Of a stretch of DNA of 64,000 nucleotides, positions 61,739 to 64,000 are shown in pieces. The DNA comes from Acidobacteriota bacterium (lineage in GTDB: Bacteria; Acidobacteriota; UBA6911; RPQK01; JAJDTT01), in NCBI GenBank assembly GCA_965263035.1, contig OZ253580.1:3424001-3488000 (forward strand), given 5' to 3'. Each line of letters starts with the position of its first letter. Position 1 is the stretch's first letter. The position numbers and the translations under genes were made by a program. The notes beneath the pieces were generated by a model. That model was given only the letters and a program-made list of their open reading frames with translations. It did no database searches and was not told the origin of the DNA.

Positions 61739-63187
61739 GTGGAGGGACAGTCTCCGGTTCGTATGGTTCTTGGTGCTCTACTGCTCGCGACCTCGATTGC
61801 GCCCTTCCTTCCAGAGCAGCGGCAGCTCCTGACTCCCGTTCCCGATCTGGCCCCTCGGATCCATGAGTTCGACGCACCGAGCCGAAAGCAGATCCGGGAC
61901 GCCGGCGAAAAGGTTCGCCTGAATCCCAGGAATGCGGAAGCCAACGGCAGGTTGGGCATGCTGCTGCATGCTCATCAACGTTACGAGTTCGCGGAACCGC
62001 TCTACCTGCGAGCCCGGCTTCTGGACCCCGACTCGTTTTCGTGGGCCTACTTTCTTGGGATCATTCAGGGACGCTTGGGGAAACCAGCCGAAGCGGTGGC
62101 ATCGCTTCGGCTGGCAACGAAGCTCAAGCCGAACTATCTGCCTGCACGATTGGCGTTGGCCGATTCTCTACGGAAGATGGGAGCGTTGGAGGAAAGCAGG
62201 GACCTCTACCGCGGAATCGTCAAGGACCATCCCGAGTCCGCTTCGGCTTGGGCTGGTCTGGGCCGGATCTCCTGGGAAGTGGGAGAGGTCTCCGAAGCCG
62301 CCGAAAACTACCAGAAGGCTGTCGAGCGGTTTCCCGGGTACGGCGCCGCCCATTACGCCCTGGGGCTGGCGCACCGGAGTCTGAGCAATCTGGAAAAGAC
62401 GCGAGAGCATCTCTCTCAGTTCCAACGCCATTCGGCGCAAGAGCCACCCCTGGAGGACCCTCTGCTGGACGCGGTCCGGTCCTTGGAGTCCCGCGCCGGA
62501 TACTTCCTGAGGGAAGGCTTCGTTCTGAGAGAGGAGCGGAAATTCCGGGAGGCGGCCGCCGCCTTCGAAGAAGTGCTGAAGCTGGAACCCGGCCACGCCA
62601 TCGCGCACGCCAATCTGGTCTCCCTCTACATCGCTCTCCGCAATCCCGCCAAGGCCGAGCACCACTATCGCTCGGCTGTCGCCGGCGACCCCGGCTTGTA
62701 CAAGACTCACTACAATTTCGGGACCTACCTGGGGTGGCGGGGGCGCACCGGAGAGGCCATCGTCGCACTTCGAAAAGCCATCGAGATCAATCCGTTTCAC
62801 GCGGACAGCCACAGCAATCTGGGACATCTGTTGGCGCAGTTGGGCAAAGGCACCGAGGCGGAGAAACACATGCGGCTCGCCATCCGGCACCAACCGAATT
62901 TCCCCCTCCCGCATTTCAACCTGGGACGCCTGTTGCTGACCCAGGGAAGGTATGAAGAAGCCATTCGGCATCTTCACAAGACGCTCGACGGCGAAGACGA
63001 CGGCAACCCCCTGCACCTCTACACTCTGGCTCTGGCCTATGCCCAACTGGGCGATCTGTCGAAGGCCGAACACTATGCCCTGAGGGCGAAGCGTAAAGCG
63101 GTTGCTCCAAACCAAGCCGGAATAGCCCGTGACATCGAGAGCCTGCTGGCCGAGCTCAAGAGAGCGGCCGATTCCCATGGGAATTAG
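61739..63187 (+). CDS. Exported tetratricopeptide repeat protein
   Basis: AGGAG RBS; GRLGMLLHAH, AHYALGLA, DPLL, THYNFG, HSNLG TPRs. Confidence 0.88.
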   Translation: MEGQSPVRMVLGALLLATSIAPFLPEQRQLLTPVPDLAPRIHEFDAPSRKQIRDAGEKVRLNPRNAEANGRLGMLLHAHQRYEFAEPLYLRARLLDPDSFSWAYFLGIIQGRLGKPAEAVASLRLATKLKPNYLPARLALADSLRKMGALEESRDLYRGIVKDHPESASAWAGLGRISWEVGEVSEAAENYQKAVERFPGYGAAHYALGLAHRSLSNLEKTREHLSQFQRHSAQEPPLEDPLLDAVRSLESRAGYFLREGFVLREERKFREAAAAFEEVLKLEPGHAIAHANLVSLYIALRNPAKAEHHYRSAVAGDPGLYKTHYNFGTYLGWRGRTGEAIVALRKAIEINPFHADSHSNLGHLLAQLGKGTEAEKHMRLAIRHQPNFPLPHFNLGRLLLTQGRYEEAIRHLHKTLDGEDDGNPLHLYTLALAYAQLGDLSKAEHYALRAKRKAVAPNQAGIARDIESLLAELKRAADSHGN

Positions 63188-64000
63188 GAAGCTGCCGTCC
63201 GCGTTCGCAATCAATTGCTTGCTCTCCATCGCTGTCCTGGGAGTCTGCTCCCTCTCCCGGGTTCTTTTCGCTACCGGCGACCCGCCTGTCTTTCGAGAAG
63301 CCGCTCAAGAAACGGGTCTGGACTTTCACCACTTCATCGGAGCGACGGGCGAGTATTTCTTTCCTGAGATCATGGGCTCGGGGGTGGGCGTGTTCGACTA
63401 TGACGGCGACGGCGATCTGGACCTCTATTTCGTCCAGGGAGCGATGCTGGACCCGTCCAAGGAAGTGTCCCAATCGGTGTTTCCCTTTTCCGGAGAGGGA
63501 CCGCCCCGGAACCGGCTGTTCCGCAATGAGCTGAATCCGAAGGGAGAACTCAGGTTCACCGACGTCACTCGTGAGGCCGGTGTAGGACACCGGGGGTACG
63601 GCATGGGCATGGCCGTCGGAGATTACGACAACGACGGCCATCTGGATTTCTACCTGACGAACTTCGGTCCCAATGTTCTGTATCGCAACAATGGAGACGG
63701 GACCTTCACCGACGTGACCGATGATGCCGGCGTCGACGATCCCCGTTACAGCGCCAGCTGCACCTTCCTCGACTACGATTCCGACGGCGACCTGGACCTC
63801 TACGTCGCCAACTACGTCTCCTTCACCATCAAGGGAAACCGCAGGTGCGGCGGGGAGCGCCGCGACTACTGCGCGCCCGATGTCTACCAGCCGTTGCCTG
63901 ACCGCCTCTTTCGCAACGAAGGAAACGGAAGATTCACCGACTGGTCGGAGGAGGCCGGTCTGGGCCGGGCCTTCGGCGCCGGTCTTGGAGTCGTGGCCGT
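63177..64000 (+). CDS. CRTAC1 family protein, truncated by the window end (absent from ORF track)
   Basis: ATG63177 MGIRKLPS...; FPEIMGSGVGVFDYDGDGDLDLY, GDYDNDG, DYDSDGDLDLYVANY. Confidence 0.88.
   Translation, partial: MGIRKLPSAFAINCLLSIAVLGVCSLSRVLFATGDPPVFREAAQETGLDFHHFIGATGEYFFPEIMGSGVGVFDYDGDGDLDLYFVQGAMLDPSKEVSQSVFPFSGEGPPRNRLFRNELNPKGELRFTDVTREAGVGHRGYGMGMAVGDYDNDGHLDFYLTNFGPNVLYRNNGDGTFTDVTDDAGVDDPRYSASCTFLDYDSDGDLDLYVANYVSFTIKGNRRCGGERRDYCAPDVYQPLPDRLFRNEGNGRFTDWSEEAGLGRAFGAGLGVVA

Overview
GC-rich bacterial chromosomal segment, most consistent with Acidobacteriota. This is inferred from gene content: a carboxypeptidase-regulatory-domain TonB receptor, a GWxTD protein, and many CRTAC1/ASPIC-UnbV and TPR proteins. 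It is dominated by exported FG-GAP/CRTAC1 beta-propeller proteins (six CRTAC1-type, one of them cut by the window end, plus one with a CxxCH heme motif) interleaved with TPR proteins. It also carries glycan-use genes (GH33 sialidase, Asp-box proteins, GH-like enzymes, MFS transporter, rhamnose mutarotase, oxidoreductases) and a planctomycete-type PPC/DUF1549-DUF1553/DUF1501 operon. Mobile and accessory DNA: a complete 2465-bp IS4-family element (19-bp IRs, 8-bp TSD) splitting a small membrane-protein gene, an amber-interrupted REP-associated Y1 transposase with many REP-like hairpins, and a HipA-like kinase/HIRAN pair. The strongest candidate for something new is at 30254-34336. Two apparent ORFs there are one frame broken by a single in-frame TGA (32222-32224), followed by a stem-loop carrying the GCAGGUC core of the E. 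coli fdhF SECIS. This suggests a ~1360-aa membrane-anchored CRTAC1/ASPIC-thioredoxin-TPR selenoprotein. No rRNA, tRNA or CRISPR array was seen. All family calls come from motif recognition by eye, not from searches.
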